Shown here: positions 63,061 through 64,000 of the stretch, piece after piece
How the letters are laid out: every line of letters starts with the position of its first letter
How positions within the stretch are numbered: position 1 is the stretch's first letter
NCBI GenBank assembly: GCA_963707915.1
Contig: OY970178.1
Span: 3,168,001 to 3,232,000 of the forward strand
DNA length: 64,000 nucleotides
DNA from: Candidatus Eiseniibacteriota bacterium
GTDB taxonomy: Bacteria > Eisenbacteria > RBG-16-71-46
Direction of reading: 5' to 3'
Program-made: the position numbers and the translations under genes
Notes under the pieces: model-generated
What the model saw: the letters and a program-made list of their open reading frames with translations, nothing else
Told to the model about the DNA's origin: nothing
Database searches by the model: none

Positions 63061-64000
63061 TCATCCCAGCGCCTCCTCGTAGACGTCCAGCGTGCCGCTC
63101 GCGGTGCGTGCGAAGCTGGACTCGCGCGCCCGGGCGAAGCCGGCGCGCACGAGCTGCTCCCGTCGGGCGGTGTCCGCGAGCAGCCCCGCGATCGCCGCGC
63201 TCCACGCCTCGACGTCGCCGGGCGGGAGCAGGACGGCGGCGTCGCCCAGCGTCTCGGGCAGGGCGCCGGCGTTCGAGGCCAGCACCGGCGTGCCGCACGC
63301 CATGGCCTCGAGGGGCGGCAGCCCGAAGCCCTCCGCCAGCGAGGGCTGCACGTAGAGCGCGGCGCCGCCGTAGAGGCGGGCGAGGTCGCCCGCGTCGCGC
63401 AGCGCGCCGGCGAAGTGGACGATGGCGCCCAGGCCCAGCCGGGCGGCGAGGCGGGCGAGGGGCTCGTCCGCGCCCCAGGCCGGGCCCGACAGCACCAGCG
63501 GCGGGCGCGCGGCGGCCGGGATGCGCGCCAGGGCCTCGAGCAGGACCGGGAGGTTCTTGTGGGGCTTGCGCGCGCCGACGTACAGCAGGTAGCCCGACGG
63601 CAGCCCGCGGGCCGCGCGGAACGCCTCGACGCCGGCCGCCGCGGCCGGGACGAGCCCGGGCGGGACCCCGAGCGGGACCACCCGCACCTTCGCCCCGGGC
63701 ACGCGCAGCAGCTCCACCACCTCGTCCCGGGTGTGGGACGAGTCGGCCAGCACCAGCCGCGCGCGCCGCGCGGCCGTCCCGGCCATGGCGCGGGCATAGA
63801 GCGCCGCGCCCGGCGGGAAGAACCGCGGGAAGCGCAGGTGGATCAGGTCGTGGATGGTGACCACCGCGGGCCCGTGCCAGCCCAGCGGCAGCGTGTAGTG
63901 CGGCTCGTGCAGCAACTCGATCTCCGCGCGCCGCGCCGCGCGCGGCACCACCAGGTGCTCGCCCAGCCCGTATTTCCCGGCCCGCACCGGGACCTCGCGC
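63061..64000 (-). CDS. GT4 glycosyltransferase (5' truncated by window)
   Basis: VTIHDL, KPHKNL, PSLAEGFGLPPLEAMACGTPV, SNAGALPE. Confidence 0.92.
   Translation of the reverse strand, partial: REVPVRAGKYGLGEHLVVPRAARRAEIELLHEPHYTLPLGWHGPAVVTIHDLIHLRFPRFFPPGAALYARAMAGTAARRARLVLADSSHTRDEVVELLRVPGAKVRVVPLGVPPGLVPAAAAGVEAFRAARGLPSGYLLYVGARKPHKNLPVLLEALARIPAAARPPLVLSGPAWGADEPLARLAARLGLGAIVHFAGALRDAGDLARLYGGAALYVQPSLAEGFGLPPLEAMACGTPVLASNAGALPETLGDAAVLLPPGDVEAWSAAIAGLLADTARREQLVRAGFARARESSFARTASGTLDVYEEALG

Overview
Very high-GC bacterial chromosomal segment. Gene content and style suggest an FCB-group lineage such as Ca. Eisenbacteria or Gemmatimonadota, but that is inference only. From left to right it holds: the end of aspS; an OPT transporter and three GT-C-type membrane glycosyltransferases; an ECF sigma/zinc anti-sigma locus with three DUF4097 beta-repeat proteins; an M28 peptidase divergent from an amidohydrolase + NitT/TauT ABC operon; the housekeeping block phoH-HD(7TM)-ybeY...DUF502-recO-glyQ-glyS-pyrR, interrupted by a DUF222-like HNH nuclease gene and an IS481-family element; a TPR lipoprotein and a second ECF/anti-sigma pair; a PAS histidine kinase/sigma54 activator pair; and a ~21 kb surface-polysaccharide locus. 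The most notable observations are: (1) two long hairpins with a shared 29-nt apex but different, self-complementary lower stems between divergent promoters (14.64-14.82 kb); (2) an IS481 element whose right end abuts a second 41-bp copy of its left end; (3) an in-frame TAG in ybeY; (4) a self-contained sigma54 circuit (Cys-rich PAS kinase, activator, putative enhancer, -24/-12 promoter) driving a receiver-like protein that lacks the phospho-Asp; (5) poly-G frameshifts in polysaccharide genes, though other indels nearby point to residual assembly error; (6) repeated leaderless-type promoters and a shared ECF promoter motif. I found no CRISPR array, rRNA or tRNA, and I cannot claim a proven new system.
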